A stretch of DNA of 64,000 nucleotides, taken from Monocercomonoides exilis PA203. Taxonomy: Eukaryota; Protista; Preaxostyla. The notes under the pieces are model-generated. The model made no database searches. It had not been told where the DNA came from and saw only the letters and a list, made by a program, of their open reading frames with translations. Positions 1 through 12,673 of this stretch are shown one piece after another; position 1 is the stretch's first letter, and each line of letters opens with the position of its first letter. The stretch spans positions 1,302,001 through 1,366,000 of the forward strand of contig LSRY02000014.1 in the NCBI GenBank assembly GCA_001643675.2. The letters are read 5' to 3'. A program made the position numbers and the translations under genes.

Positions 1-3000
1 CTTTCTGAAGCTATCCCTCCCAATTGGCATCCTTCGTCCAATATCCAAAGCGATGAGTTATCTTTCAGTCCATCTCCTCCTTTCACGCTCGCGACATTCA
101 GTTCGCTGTTCCCTGTGCAAATCACATTCCTTCGCGCTGATCCGTATCCCTCAATAGAAGGGTTGTTGTTCTCAAATTCACCTTTCTCAATCTTCACATT
201 CCCTCCACCCACCCACAGCCCACCTCTCTTGCTCTTCATAATCGTTGTTTCCCTCATCACCACTTTGCTATCTTCAATATCAACCAATGACCCATTCCAT
301 TCACATAATCCTTCTTTTCCTTCAACCTCTTCATTGATAATCTCCCCTTCTTTTTCTCCATCAAACACACATATCTCAACCTTCACGTCTTTGCACTGAC
401 TCACCCGCATCATGCTTCCCTTCTCCACCGAATTCGCGCTTTTTTCAAACGAGCAGTTCAGCACACTCACCTCTTGCTCGGCATCTTCCATACCAATCGC
501 ACACTCTTCAGACAGTACAGTTACATTCTCTATCGTCATGATCTTCATCACCACTTTCGCTTTTCCTCCAACACTCACAACATCTCCCTCACTTTTGATA
601 TTTGAAATGCTCGTTTCAAGCAGCGTCACATTCGATTCTCTGTTGAATAATAGTATCGATCCTGCTGAATGCAAATCTTTAAATGTTGAATCAAATATCC
701 TCAGCTCTCCGCTTTCCACACCCACAACCGAACTGTTCAGCTTCATATCAACCGTTGTTGCTGATGAGTAGAACTCGCATTTTTGGATCTCCATTGACCC
801 GTTCTTCACTTTCAGGATGTAGCTGTGAGAAGCCTCAAACGTATCTTCAAACTCGAATGAGCACCTCTCCACAGCGCTTTCGTTTATAAACTCCATGATG
901 CAATCCTTTTCTTCCGATTTCTCAATCTTTGATTTCAACCTCACAATCGCCTGAGACTTTTTGAACGATCTGACAACCAGATCTCCAATCACACATTCTC
1001 CCGAAACCACTCCTTCTCCGTCAATCAGAATCGCATTCATCACTCCTTGCTCAATGTGGTCAATGGCACCATTGATGCTGCTGCATGGATTGCCCTGAGC
1101 CCCGCATCGTCTGCTGTCGTTCCCTGACCCATTCAAAAACACTTGAAGACCTTTGAAGTATGTGATCCGAGGAATAACATCCATGTCAGTATTCCCTTTT
1201 AAATCGCTCCCGCAGATGGAGTTGTTTGTGCCCAATGACTCCTGGTTGTAGTTCAGCGAGAACAGCGTTTCGTTGATCTGGTCATAAATTGAATGGCATT
1301 TGATGAATATGTCTTTCCCCACATGTGCCTCGTTCAGCCTGAACAAGATATTCACAATCTTGAAATTCAGAGATGGAATCTGACTTTCATCATCAATGTT
1401 AACATTTGGATCGGCTCCATCGATGAACAGCCCTCCGCCGCGCCCTGACTCCATCGAGCATCTGCATGTCGAAAACGTGCTCCCATTCACCTTCAAAACC
1501 GATTCTTCACTCTTCAGCACCACTTTCATTCCTCCTCCTTCTGTGTTCAAATCGCTCCTGCACGTGGACATTGTGCAGTCCTCGATCGTGCAATCTATCG
1601 CATTCTCAAACGATCCCAATTCAATGACGCTTGCACTGCTTCCTTCGTTCTTGATGGTTTCAAACCAACAGTACACAACTTTCAACACAGGCTTGTTGCC
1701 ATTCAAATGAGTATTTTCATTTCCATTCATCTGGTTTTCCTCTTCTGTCATCGAAATCAGGCTGTTTGCTGTCAAAGTGGCTGATGAAATGTTCACATTC
1801 TGAATCGTCACCTGGCTCGCACTTGGGCTGAAAGCAATGAACCCTTTCAATTCGTTGATCTTATTCAACGTGCTGCTCTGAATTGCAGCGCTCCCTCCGT
1901 TCACTTTTATCACGCAATATGCAAAACTTTCAACCGTCCCACTCGATGACCCAAATGAGCAGTCTGTGACCGACAAGACTGTATTCGTTCCTGACGATTC
2001 AATGAATACTTCATGATTGGTGGTGATGCTTGGCTTGATGAATGATAAATTGAAGAATGACAGACTCACATTCGACGATATCATTGCACCACTGCTGACA
2101 GCATTCCCATCTTCATCAGTAATTGTCACGCTTGTCCCTTTCTTTGTTCCTTTTATCGCAACAGCTGGAGCTTCTGAATCTGGAGAAGTTGGCAACGAAG
2201 ACAAGAATGATATCGGATGGCTCAGCGATCCTGAATCCCCAATGCTGACATGAGATTCGCCTTTTCCAAGTGGCTCATATCTCAGTGATATCAAGTGGTC
2301 AATCGATGAGCATGGTGCTTCAGAAAACCCACACCCGCTGAAGTCTCCTCCTTTCTCTTTCGATACATACCCTTTCTCGCTCCAGTTATCCCACAAATAC
2401 ACAACCAATGGAATCACATATCCATTTTCTCCTGTTGTCTTCCTTTCCCATCCACACAGCTCATCCAATGACTTCTTATCACTTGCACTCAATTCCTCTT
2501 TCAGTTTTTCGTTTGACATAACCTCGTCCAGCTCATTTCCCGATATGAACACTTTCTTCCCTTTCCAGGCATTGCATCCCTCAAATGCCATTCCATCCAA
2601 CACAAATGATTCCATTGTATCTGCCAAGCTCACAAACATCCCTCCTCCCATTCCTCTTCCTTTCTGCAAGCTGTCTTCTGTTGGCACCTGGCATCCTTTG
2701 AATGTTGCGCTTTTGATCTCCAAACTTCCTCCGTTCTCAACTGAAATCATCATCCCTCCTCCTTTCATCCCACTTCCACCTGTGCATGTTGTTGAAATGC
2801 TGCAGTTATCCACAACTGCGCTTCCTCCTTCTTTTATCGCAGCACCAATGCAACCTCTTCCTTCTCCGCTCCCGTCTTCCACCGTCACTCCACTCACTCT
2901 GCTGTTCTTGATGTCCAATTTCTCTCCATTTGTCATCGTTATTGGCGACTTCCCGTTCATCGTCAGTGTCGGTACAATTTCCATCATCAATCCATCCACA

Positions 3001-6000
3001 ATCAGTTCTCCCCCCTCAATGTTCAGGATGTTGTATCCAATCTTTTCATTAGCCAATGCATCGCTTGCAAACGAGACAGAACAGCTTGTTATCGTGATTG
3101 TTGATGACGAAGAATGGACAAATGCAGTCCTCCTTCCATTGATAACTTTATTCATTACAAATGCCAAATTATTCATTTCAAATGATTTTGTGCACTCGAT
3201 AAGGCCAATTTGATTTATGTCCCCTCCATCCTTAACATCAACCTTCATCTTCTTTCCTGCTGTAACTGCTTTTCCTGTCAAGCTCACATCAAATGAAAGC
3301 ACTTTCATTTCACTTTTTATTGATGATTCAGAAGAAACCTCAACTGCCTGCATGTTTTCCTTAACTCGACTGGTCACACAATAATCAATGGATTGGCACC
3401 CAAACTTCTCAAATCCACAAGAGTTGTGATCATATGCCATGCTTCCGCTCCCATCGACAGTCAACTTCGATCCGATTGAGAACAAATACACAAACAGCGG
3501 AATCACTTTCTCATCTTTCCAATCCTCACTCCCGCAAAACTTCAATTCATCCGATGGAATGGCGCTTTTATCAAAAAATTTGAAAGAGTTTGCATTCACT
3601 TTTGTTCCAAGCAATATCGTTGAATCGCAACAAACAAACATATCCTTCCCATATTGTGCATCATTCAGCGATGAAGATGTCGATGAAAACTTAACATTTT
3701 CGGCAATTTCCATCTTGCAGTTCGGACTCGCCATTGTCAGCATCATTCCTCCGCCTCTTCCTTTGGTTCCTCCTCCGTTGTTCTTCGCCTCGCATGAATC
3801 GATTGTGCTCGTCCCATTCACAACAACACTTCCATCTCCATCTAAGCTCACGCATATCCCTCCTCCTTTTCCAATCTCTTGTGATGTCCCTTGGCAGTTG
3901 CAGTTTATTACAGTGCACGTTTCAATCACAGCAATCCCAACCTTTCCCTCTCCTTCCTCATACTGTGTTCCAACTGCTCCTTTTATCAGCCCCCCGTCTC
4001 CATTAATCTTTCTAACGTTTGCTATGTTGCATCCTTTGAAATACACAACACTCACCCCTGCCACAAACTCAACAAACGAATGCCCATCAAATGTCAGACC
4101 TTCTCTGATTTCAAATTGCTCCATTCTCAGTTTTCCTGACAACGCATTTACAAAGCTGTATCCAATCGATTGGCTAACAGCACTGTCTGGCGAACTAGCA
4201 ACCGAGCAGTCTGTGATATTGAACGACGGCGAGTGTGCCGAAATCATCGCCGATGCACTGGACAGAGCAGATGGAATGCTAAATTTGATCTTTTTAATTG
4301 AGCATCTGCTTTGCACATCGATCAAGAATTCTATAGATTCAAAAGTGGCTGGCACCTTCACCTCGATTGCCGTCCCTTTTGTGGCACATGAAATCTCCCA
4401 TTCAAAGGAATCGGCCATGGCAACCTTTTCGACAAGCACGAATTCTGGATCTAACTCTATATTTTTATTTCCCCCTGAAAATCGCGCCTGCGCAGTGTGT
4501 GCGATGGTGGCACACGGATAATAATCGAGCCCGCAAAACCACGAATTGTATCCCCCCAGATTATTCTTTGCCTTCCCAACATGTGCCGCACCGGATATTG
4601 TGTCCAAAAATATATTCAGAGGGAATTGCCCCATTGTTGTGTCACTCCGATCATATCCCACCAACTCGTTGAATTTTGAACTGTCATGCTGGACATTCAG
4701 CGTTGAGGAGTTTCTTTTCCAGCTTGCAGAATTGCTCCCATTTACAAACACATAATTTCCGCCAGAATTTGCTTCGCACCCTGAAAAGTCGACAGAAACA
4801 ATTGAGAAGTCGTGTGAGTTATCATCCAGATACAGCATTATCCCGCCACCATATCCGCTGCACTTGCATCTGTTGAATTTTGTTAATGTTTCAACCTGCA
4901 ACTTGCTTGATGATTCCAACTCGACCTTGATCCCACCACCACTTCCAGCCTTGCACTCGCAATCTTCGATTGTCACATTCTTGACCATAAACGTCTCTCC
5001 AGCCTTCACACTCTTTGCAACAACCACCCCATCTCCTTCAGTCAACTTCACATTCGTCACCTTCACATTCGCCAGCTCGCTATCTCCTGATGCTGTGGCT
5101 GTCAAAAACAATGCAGAAGAAGAAGAAGAAGAAGATATATCCGACTCAGAGAACAAGGATTTTGAGATATTCATATTTATGATCTCCACATCGGTCATCA
5201 ACAGCTGCGACAGCGGCACCACAAACACTGACGAAGACATCACATAGTTTCCTGAAGAAACACTCGTTGTGATCACAACATCCTCCAATGAGAGTGACCC
5301 ACTCCCATCAGACACCACAACCACACTCGGTGAAGAAGGATTTGCATTTGAGTTGCAATCAACCTTCATGTGCAATAAACCAAGATGACCTGTTGACACG
5401 CTGAACAGCGCCCCAGCTGATGAAAGTGCTCCTGTTTCGATCGAGCTCTTATCTTTGTCTTTCCCAATGACTGAAATCTTCTTTGTCCCAGTCTCAACTG
5501 TTGCTGTCTCACTTTGATGATTCCCTTCCATCAGTGTGACTGACAGGCTCACTTGAATCACGCTCTTTTCAACTGCAACTCCAATGGTCCTGCATGCACT
5601 TGACTCATCCAATCCACACAGATCATCTTCACCGCCACCGCTCACAGCCACAAACCGATTGAGAATCCCTCTCTTCAGCCAATCCCACTTTTCCCTGTGC
5701 TGATATGTCCAACTCTCTGAACTCGATGCATCGTATGCATAGCACACTCTCTGATCATCTGCATTCGTTGTGTAACATTCATAGAACGGATTATTCGAGG
5801 ATAAATATAGGTTATATTGATCTTCATAATAAACATCATGACCATGAGGCAGATCTCTTGAACATCTACAGTCGTGAAAGAAAAGGAAATAGCAAAAAAT
5901 AATATCATTTTGTAATCCTTGCCTGTGTGGATACAAATCCAATCCCCCACCATGAGAAGACGCAGAGCACGATATGAATTGAATGTTCCTCATTTTGAAT

Positions 6001-7453
6001 GATGTTGGAACACTATGGCAATACATACCCCCACCCCATGAATTGGTAATTGAGCACGAAGTGAAGCTGCAGTCAAACACACACGCACTCTCCCCTTCTC
6101 CACTTTCTGTTCCGATGCATCCTGTTCCTGAAACCAGAAAATTTTCGAGAAAAAGTCCTCCTCCATCATAAACTGCTTTACAATTCTGGAATTCACATCC
6201 GCTGATTCGAACGCATGTTGAAATCGTATAAACGAACACTCCTCCTCCCAAATAATTTTGTGCAGTACACGAATCGAATGTGTTATTCAAAATTTCAACA
6301 GACTTAATATTATAGCAATGAATACCTCCGCCACACCAATGTGCGACACATTCATTGAATGCACAATGCGAAACTGAAACAGTGGCAGACGATTGACCAT
6401 GCATGAATATCGCACCACCGTTCGAAGTGCCATCGGAATAAGTGTTGCCGTTTCCTGTTGTTTTTGATTCACTCCACTCACACCAAGTGAATGAATTTGC
6501 TCCATTGAATGTTTCGTTTTGTCTGTCAGGCTTCAATGGTACCTCTGCAGTTCCTTCACGTTCAATATTTCTCGTCCGACAACATCCAACAAACGAGGTG
6601 TTCGAGACAGTCAGAGAGGCAAAGGGGTTGTTGATGGAGGGGACAATCCCACCATCATATGCATCGCAGACTGATGAGAACGAGCAGCTATTCATCAGAC
6701 ATGAGGTTTGGATTGACGTAGAGGTTGAAGGCGAACATGCATCACCCGCTGTTGAAATATTGAAAAATGTCAAATGAGAAAGGGATATTAGGGGTATTGA
6801 AGGAGATGAGAGGAATGGGGCTGATGAGACACAAAAAGAAGAGAAGTGTGATTCACTCACTGAAATACTCCCTTCAATGCCTTCTCCATCTCCTTCTCCT
6901 TCTCCTTCTCTTCCTCTATCTCTTTCTCTTCCTCCTTCTTCTTTTTCTTCACCTCCACTCTTCTCCCCTCCATATCCCTTCCCTCCAAACAGCCTGCCTG
7001 AATAGATCTCTCCCCCTCTTCTCCATCCATTCAATGTGATATTCGTTAATATCCCAATGCTCCCACTCAGATCAAATACCCCTGCCTCATTGTCCTTCCC
7101 CATCCCCACAACACACCCTCTCACCACAACCACGCTTCCCCTCCTTCCACGTACCACACTCCCACACTCACTCCCGATCAGCCCAATCTCCTTCAATTCA
7201 ATCGACGAATTAATTAATCTCATATTTCCGCTGATATGGCTTTGTTCGCTTGTCCGTTCATAATAATTGAAAGAAAAAATAGAATTTGTATCTCTGTGTT
7301 TGTTTTGTTTGGTGTGCTTAACTTCATCCAGATTTTCATAATTCTCTCTATTTTTGAGCAATTCTTCATTGCCAAATGAGCATGCACCTGAAAATGTAAT
7401 CACAGATTCACATCATAAAAATATATTAAAGGCAGAAATTGCATACTTTTCAT
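1..7453 (-). CDS. Large Cys/Gly-rich surface protein (right-handed beta-helix / pectin-lyase-like repeats), 3'-truncated by the window edge; paralogue of the gene at 52700-60451
   Basis: The minus frame (codon starts = 2 mod 3) is open from 7387 to the window edge; the ORF track omits it because no stop is reached. It has repeated GGG(I/M/L) motifs and several 'CG....PC..I' modules. Its C-terminal block 'CEWNGSLVDI..NNPSIEGYGSARRNVIC..KGGDGLKDNSSLWILDEGC' matches the paralogue's 'CRWSGSVVDV..NNPSIEGYPSLRRNIIC..KGGDGVLPNTSLWMLNEGC'. The start is inferred: ATG 7453 plus a 59-nt intron 7446-7388 (GTATGC...TTTCAG) gives an in-frame join; the alternative is ATG 7223. Confidence 0.85.
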
Positions 7454-7812
7454 CGATGTATACACATTCATATCGCTGTTTTTATCATTGAAAACAACAT
7501 TCGAGCCAGGTGAATGATCGACTGTTACCAATTGGTATCTATGATGGCAATTAATAATGTATATATATACGCATATCGGAAAAATCAAATATCTCATGCT
7601 AATTGAGAAATGCGCAATCAAAGAAAAGAAGAATAAAATAATGGTAATAATGATTAATTAATTTCTCTTTCACTTTGTTCAGAAGTATTTTATCCTTTCC
7701 AATCATATTGCACATTATAGAGAAAGATTTTTATTTGGAATGATTAATGATCAAAGCTTAGATTTCCATGTTTTTTTCTATTTTCAATTTGTTGTTTCTT
7801 CAATTGTGATGT

Positions 7813-7990
7813 GGGACGTGATTTTTTGCTTTTTGAATTTTGTTCCACATGGAACTTTCAAAGATTTTCCTCAATTTTTGTATATTTCTATATAATATTT
7901 GCATGAGAATGTCAGAAAAATAATTAAATTATTAAAGAAAAATTTTGGAACAAATTATTGATTTTTTCATAAATGGAAGTATTCTGCCCC
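7813..7990. mobile_element. Possible small TIR element (family D), degenerate
   Basis: Ends GGGACGTGATT...TTCTGCCCC. The last ~50 bp resemble 52185-52235. Flanks ATGT/ATAT. Confidence 0.35.
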
Positions 7991-8198
7991 ATATTTCCTT
8001 CTGATAGAAAATTGAAATAAAAGAGGAATTGTGGGCAGATAACGACCGGTGAAAAAATTCGATTTTTATGTATTTATTCATTAATTCGATTGTTCTTTAA
8101 AAAGCAAGTATAATATTTTGAAAGTGATTTTCGAATTACAGTGTGGTAATTTATAACCCGAATATTTTTTTGAAAACCCGAACAAAAAATAAATAAAT

Positions 8199-8466
8199 GG
8201 GACAAAATATTTGACTTCAGGCATTTTCATTGAAAAATTATGTATCAAAGATGATCTTTTTGTGATCAAAAAATTTGAAAAAAATGGGTTTATTTTTTGA
8301 AATACATGTGATGTCACATAACATGATGTTATCATATCAATGATATTTGCTTACAAATATGAAAATCAAATTTATTTTGAAATCTGAGAAAGTTTTGAAA
8401 TGTTATAAGAAAAATAATTTTTTCGTGCTTTGTGCAAAAAAAGCTTGAAAGTCCGTATTTTCCCCC
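8199..8466 (+). mobile_element. MITE family A (~268 bp), copy 1
   Basis: Starts GGGACAAAATAT and ends GCTTGAAAGTCCGTATTTTCCCCC. AAAT on both flanks (4-bp TSD). Homologous to copies at 12866, 48533, 50234 and 51347. Confidence 0.85.
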
Positions 8467-8565
8467 AAATATCTTTTTTTGTGCAGTGTATTGATTTCGT
8501 TTTTAAAATATTATTAATAATTAATACAATCAACAAGCTCTTATTTCACAATTTTTCGAGTATTT

Positions 8566-8821
8566 GGGTGATTATTTTTGAAATCATATATTTTTTCTGT
8601 GTGTTGATTTTTCGAAGTTTGTTTGTCACTGACAAAAGATTTTGAAATCAAATGAGAAAATCATTATTTCAGTTTCAAAAACAAAAATTTTGAGCTGAAA
8701 TATAGAAATATATATCCTGGATAAGCCTGTTCACTTTTCAGCGTTCGTTAACTGTTATTCAATAAAAATTTTTGCACAGAAAATTATAATTTAAAAATTA
8801 TGATTTCAAAAATAATCACCC
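8566..8821. mobile_element. MITE family B (256 bp), copy 1
   Basis: Perfect 23-bp TIR GGGTGATTATTTTTGAAATCATA / TATGATTTCAAAAATAATCACCC, flanked by the direct repeat ATTT. Confidence 0.85.
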
Positions 8822-8880
8822 ATTTCTTTTTTTTTTTCATCATCAGAATAATCATCATTAAAAATTTTCAATGAATTGAA

Positions 8881-10273
8881 TTATCTTTTTTTCGGTTTTT
8901 CATCTTCAAACAAAGTCTTTTTTATTTCTTCATAATCTTTTTCTTCATTTTTTGACTCTTTTCTTTCATCCTTTTCTTTTTTCCATACAATAAAAAATTC
9001 TTCATCAGTAATTAATTTTCCAAAATAATCAAACCTTTTCGTTCTTTTCTTCAGAGTGACGGAAGGTTCTTTTGGAAGCTTGGCTGACACTTCGTGCCAC
9101 TGATGAGACAGAATTCCGCTCTTCGCAAATGTTGATTTGATTGTTGATGACAACAAAGAAGTTTGCAAAACTTGTGGAAGCACATTAGCTAGCGCTTCTC
9201 GTCGCAAAACAACAGAAGAAGAAGAAGGTGCTTCATAATTAGAATTTATGGTCTTTTTTAAAAACAGCTAATACTCCACGATCCAACGGCTGTGCGATGT
9301 GAGTGGTGTGGGGCATGAAGGTGACGAAATCTATTGAAGAATCGGCAAACTACTTCCATAAGTCTGGCTGTGCTCTTGAAGAATGGGAATCAAGAAGGAG
9401 AAGGCAACGATTTTCACTCTTCTTCAAAGTTTCTCTTCTTTGCGTGATCCCTGGAAGCAACGCTTCTTCATTGTGTTTGAGGAATAGAGCTTCTGTCATC
9501 CAGCCTTCATTTTCGCTGCAAACATCCAACTGTGAACTCAGAACAAGGCGCAGTTCATCAGGTTATTTGTGACAAAGCAACAACATGAAGCTTTTTAGGC
9601 AACATCCATCAGCTGCAGCTGCAACGACAAGAGTTGCATTTGGCATGTTCATCGGTATTTTGGAGAAACCAACAGACATGTCGGAAGGATGGAAAACAAG
9701 AGAAGAGAAAGAATCAGAGAGTCGAAGAAAAAATTAATCAATATTGAAGATGAGAGAGTTAGAATAATGATGTTAATCATGAAGGTCTGGTTGAAGGGTG
9801 AAAAATGGATGGAGAGTTTGCTGATAAGATAAAGAGAACCGTTGGATATCGAAGTTTCGAGGATAGAAGCCTTAACCTCGGTGTTCCTGTTGGTGTATTG
9901 ACAGGGATAGGCTTTTAAAATGTTCACTTCTTCATCTTCTTCATCGAAGTTGTCTTTTTTCCTATCATTGATAACAGTGTTCATCTGAATATATAAAAAA
10001 TGAATAAATACAACAAATAATAAATTGTTACAAACTAATTTCCTCATTTGCGCAGAATTGAAACTTGTCCCACTTTCACAGTCAATTTTCAACACTCAAA
10101 ATATCGTTTCCTTTTCTTCTTTCATGAATAATTCTGGTCTTCCATTTTTCCCTGCCTTCCATCCTTTTTCCAAAGCAATAACAGCCCTATCAATTGCCAA
10201 GCAAGTGAATTCCTTCGTATTTGCAGCATCAGCAACCCGAGCTTCTTCATTAGCGATAATTGTTGCAATACAT
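8881..10273 (-). pseudogene. Decayed pogo/Fot1-like (DD35D, DDE_1) transposase
   Basis: Minus-strand translation gives 'LIFNID*', 'ENEGWMT' and 'LLLDSHSSRAQPDLWK*FADSSIDFVTFMPHTTHIAQPLDRGV' (35 residues between D2 and D3), then 'IKSTFAKSGI'. An N-terminal 'GRP' HTH-like region is present. In-frame stops and frameshifts. Confidence 0.85.
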
Positions 10274-10653
10274 TCTTATCCACTTTCAATATGGCGATAT
10301 AAAAAGGATCTCATTAAACTTTTGTTTTTCTTGAGTCTTTGTTGCTTTTTATTTTCCACAACACTTATATAAAAAAAAATATTGTAATGATCATTTTTTA
10401 TTTAAGAAAAATAATATTTTGAAATGTCATTTAAAAAAAACAATTTTTCAATTTTTTCCTGACATAATGAACCAGGTTGCTATTTCCAAATCTTGTCAGG
10501 GGAGGTGCTGATATGAGATGGAGGAGCTAACACCCCCATCTCCCCCCTTCAAAAATGAGGGATAGTAGTTCGATAAAAATTTCTAACTGCATTCTTTTCT
10601 TTATATACAATATACAACAAATATAAATATAAAAAGTGGGTTGATAAAACTTA

Positions 10654-10714
10654 TTATTGGGTGATTTTTTTTTTTTTTTTTTTTTTTGAAGATATCAAAA
10701 AAATCACCCAATAA
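10654..10714. repeat. Short inverted repeat
   Basis: TTATTGGGTGATTTTTTT ... AAAAAAATCACCCAATAA. It shares GGGTGATT with the family B TIR. Confidence 0.6.
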
Positions 10715-10999
10715 AAAAAGTTAGTGTTTAAAAAATTATTTGGGTTAATAAATCACACTCATTCATAAATTAGAAGACCTTTCTTTAAAAATCCAACAGG
10801 AATGAATATTTTGTACACCATCTTCCTTTTTATAAAAAAACCCAAATTAGTTGATAAAATTATCAGCTTGTTGGTTGATAACCCGGGTTATAGAAGATGA
10901 CCAGTGAAATTTTCCTTATGATCACCCCCTTTATAAATTGTTATGAAAAAACAACGAGAGAAATTCAACCTTCGCAGATTTTTATCTTTTCTTTCTTCG

Positions 11000-12300
11000 T
11001 CTTAATATTGAAAGTTTTCAACGATTCAGCTTTGAATCCGAAAAATAATCCTAAAAGATGGTTTCAGAGCATCATATGCATTCAATGCTGGATTGATTTC
11101 AAAGAGTGCATACTACAGAGCTGAAAGGCGAAAACTGAACATAGAGACGTCGGAATAAATGGGAGGCCATGGAAAATCAGAAAAAAGTATCGCAATGGAA
11201 TATCAAAGCAAATAAAAACGATTTACACAGTCTCAAGGGAATAACTGCAAAGCAATGAACAAATGCAGTTTGAATTTAATAATATCAATTATTAAATTAT
11301 TTTTTTTTACGAATAAGCAAGTTTTATTTCTTCTTCAAAAAAGAACGAAAGATTGAATAAAAAGGCTGTGAACAAAAAGTGGGGAAATTCTTTTATTTCC
11401 AAAATGAAAGGACCTTTATCAAAAAAGCCTACAAAACTTCCAATAAATAGAATCGAACACTCAACAAGGCTTATTTTGCTTCCTTTTTTTTTTTGAAGAG
11501 TTGGAAAAATCGCATAAGAAGAAAAAATATTGTTAGAAATTAATATCAAATCTGGATGAAACTTATATCAAAAGAGACATAACTGAATCAACGAAGATTA
11601 TTTCTCTGCCGGATTGTCCCAGCTCAATTTCTCAAGAAGAACCACTTCCTCCATCTATTTCCTTGCTTTTAATGATTTCCGCTGATGGGGAACATTGAAA
11701 AACTTCAATGATCAGTTGTTCATCATTTCTACCCCAGGAATATTAACAGGCTAACTCCGACAACTTTGTTTTTCCTGCCACCACAAAAAAGGGATGGATT
11801 CCACATAATTTTTTGACCTATACAAATATGTTGTTGTTGATTCAAATGATAAAGGAAGAAAACTGATGGGATTATCTTAGTTTTCTGCGTGCCTACATAT
11901 GAATGGTGCCACAACACACTCAAACAAAGATGTTTTTGAATTGGCAAAGGGAAATAAGATCGATATTGTGTTTATTCCTTCGCACACCTCACATATCTTC
12001 CAGCCATAAGATAAATATGTTGATGCAAATATTAAGAAAATAATTTACACATCTGATATAGACTTTGAACGAAGAAATGCAACCTCAAACAGAGCCAATT
12101 TCGTAAAAAAATTAAAAGAAGCATTATCAGAAGCATTAAAGCCTTCGACCATCGTCGTATCTTTCAGGGATTCTGGCATTTGGCCCTTGAATCCAGAAAT
12201 AATATTGAAAAGCCAAAGTGAAACATCTCCAATTAAAGATTGCGAAACTTCCATCAACAAAATCCACTAGGTCGATAACTCTAAGGGTAGAATTTACACT
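11000..12300 (+). pseudogene. Decayed pogo/Fot1-like (DD35D) transposase, second subfamily; boundaries approximate
   Basis: 'NLDETYIKR', 'ISADG', 'KKGW', 'NGATTHSNKDVFELAKGNKIDIVFIPSHTSHIFQP*D' (35-residue spacing, D2 reads N) and 'SFRDSGIWPLNP'. Multiple stops and frameshifts. Confidence 0.85.
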
Positions 12301-12485
12301 CACGATAAAGTTTATTTATTTATTCACACAATACATTTCATTGAGCCTTTTTAATAACTTTTTTCTATGAAAAAAATTTTTCGCGGGTTATCTTCCAACT
12401 TACTTTCGTTTTCCGTAACCCTAATAAACGAATTAGCAAAGAAGAAATCGGCATATAAGTGTGATATCAGACAACGAAAAAAAAA

Positions 12486-12673
12486 ATTTTTTTTTTTCTT
12501 TTCTTTTCTTTTCTTTTCTTTTCTTTTTCTTTTTCTTTTTCTTTTTCTTTTTCTTTTTTTTCTTTTTTTTTCTTTTTTTTTTTTTTTTTTTTTTTCTTTT
12601 TTTCTTTTTTTTCTTTTTTCTTTTCATTTTTCATTTTTTTCTTTTTTTCTTTCTTTCTTTCTTTTTTTTTTTT
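12486..12673 (+). repeat. ~190-bp almost pure polypyrimidine (T-rich, TTTTC/TTTTTC-periodic) tract
   Basis: Seen directly; it produces the spurious poly-F and poly-K ORFs. Confidence 0.9.

Noticed and set aside
115-7263. Many plus-strand ORFs (up to 360 aa)
   Set aside because: Antisense shadows of the long minus-strand surface-protein gene; Ser/Pro/Phe-rich with no domain signal.
10540-10600. tRNA-like GTTCGA motif
   Set aside because: No cloverleaf or A-box context.
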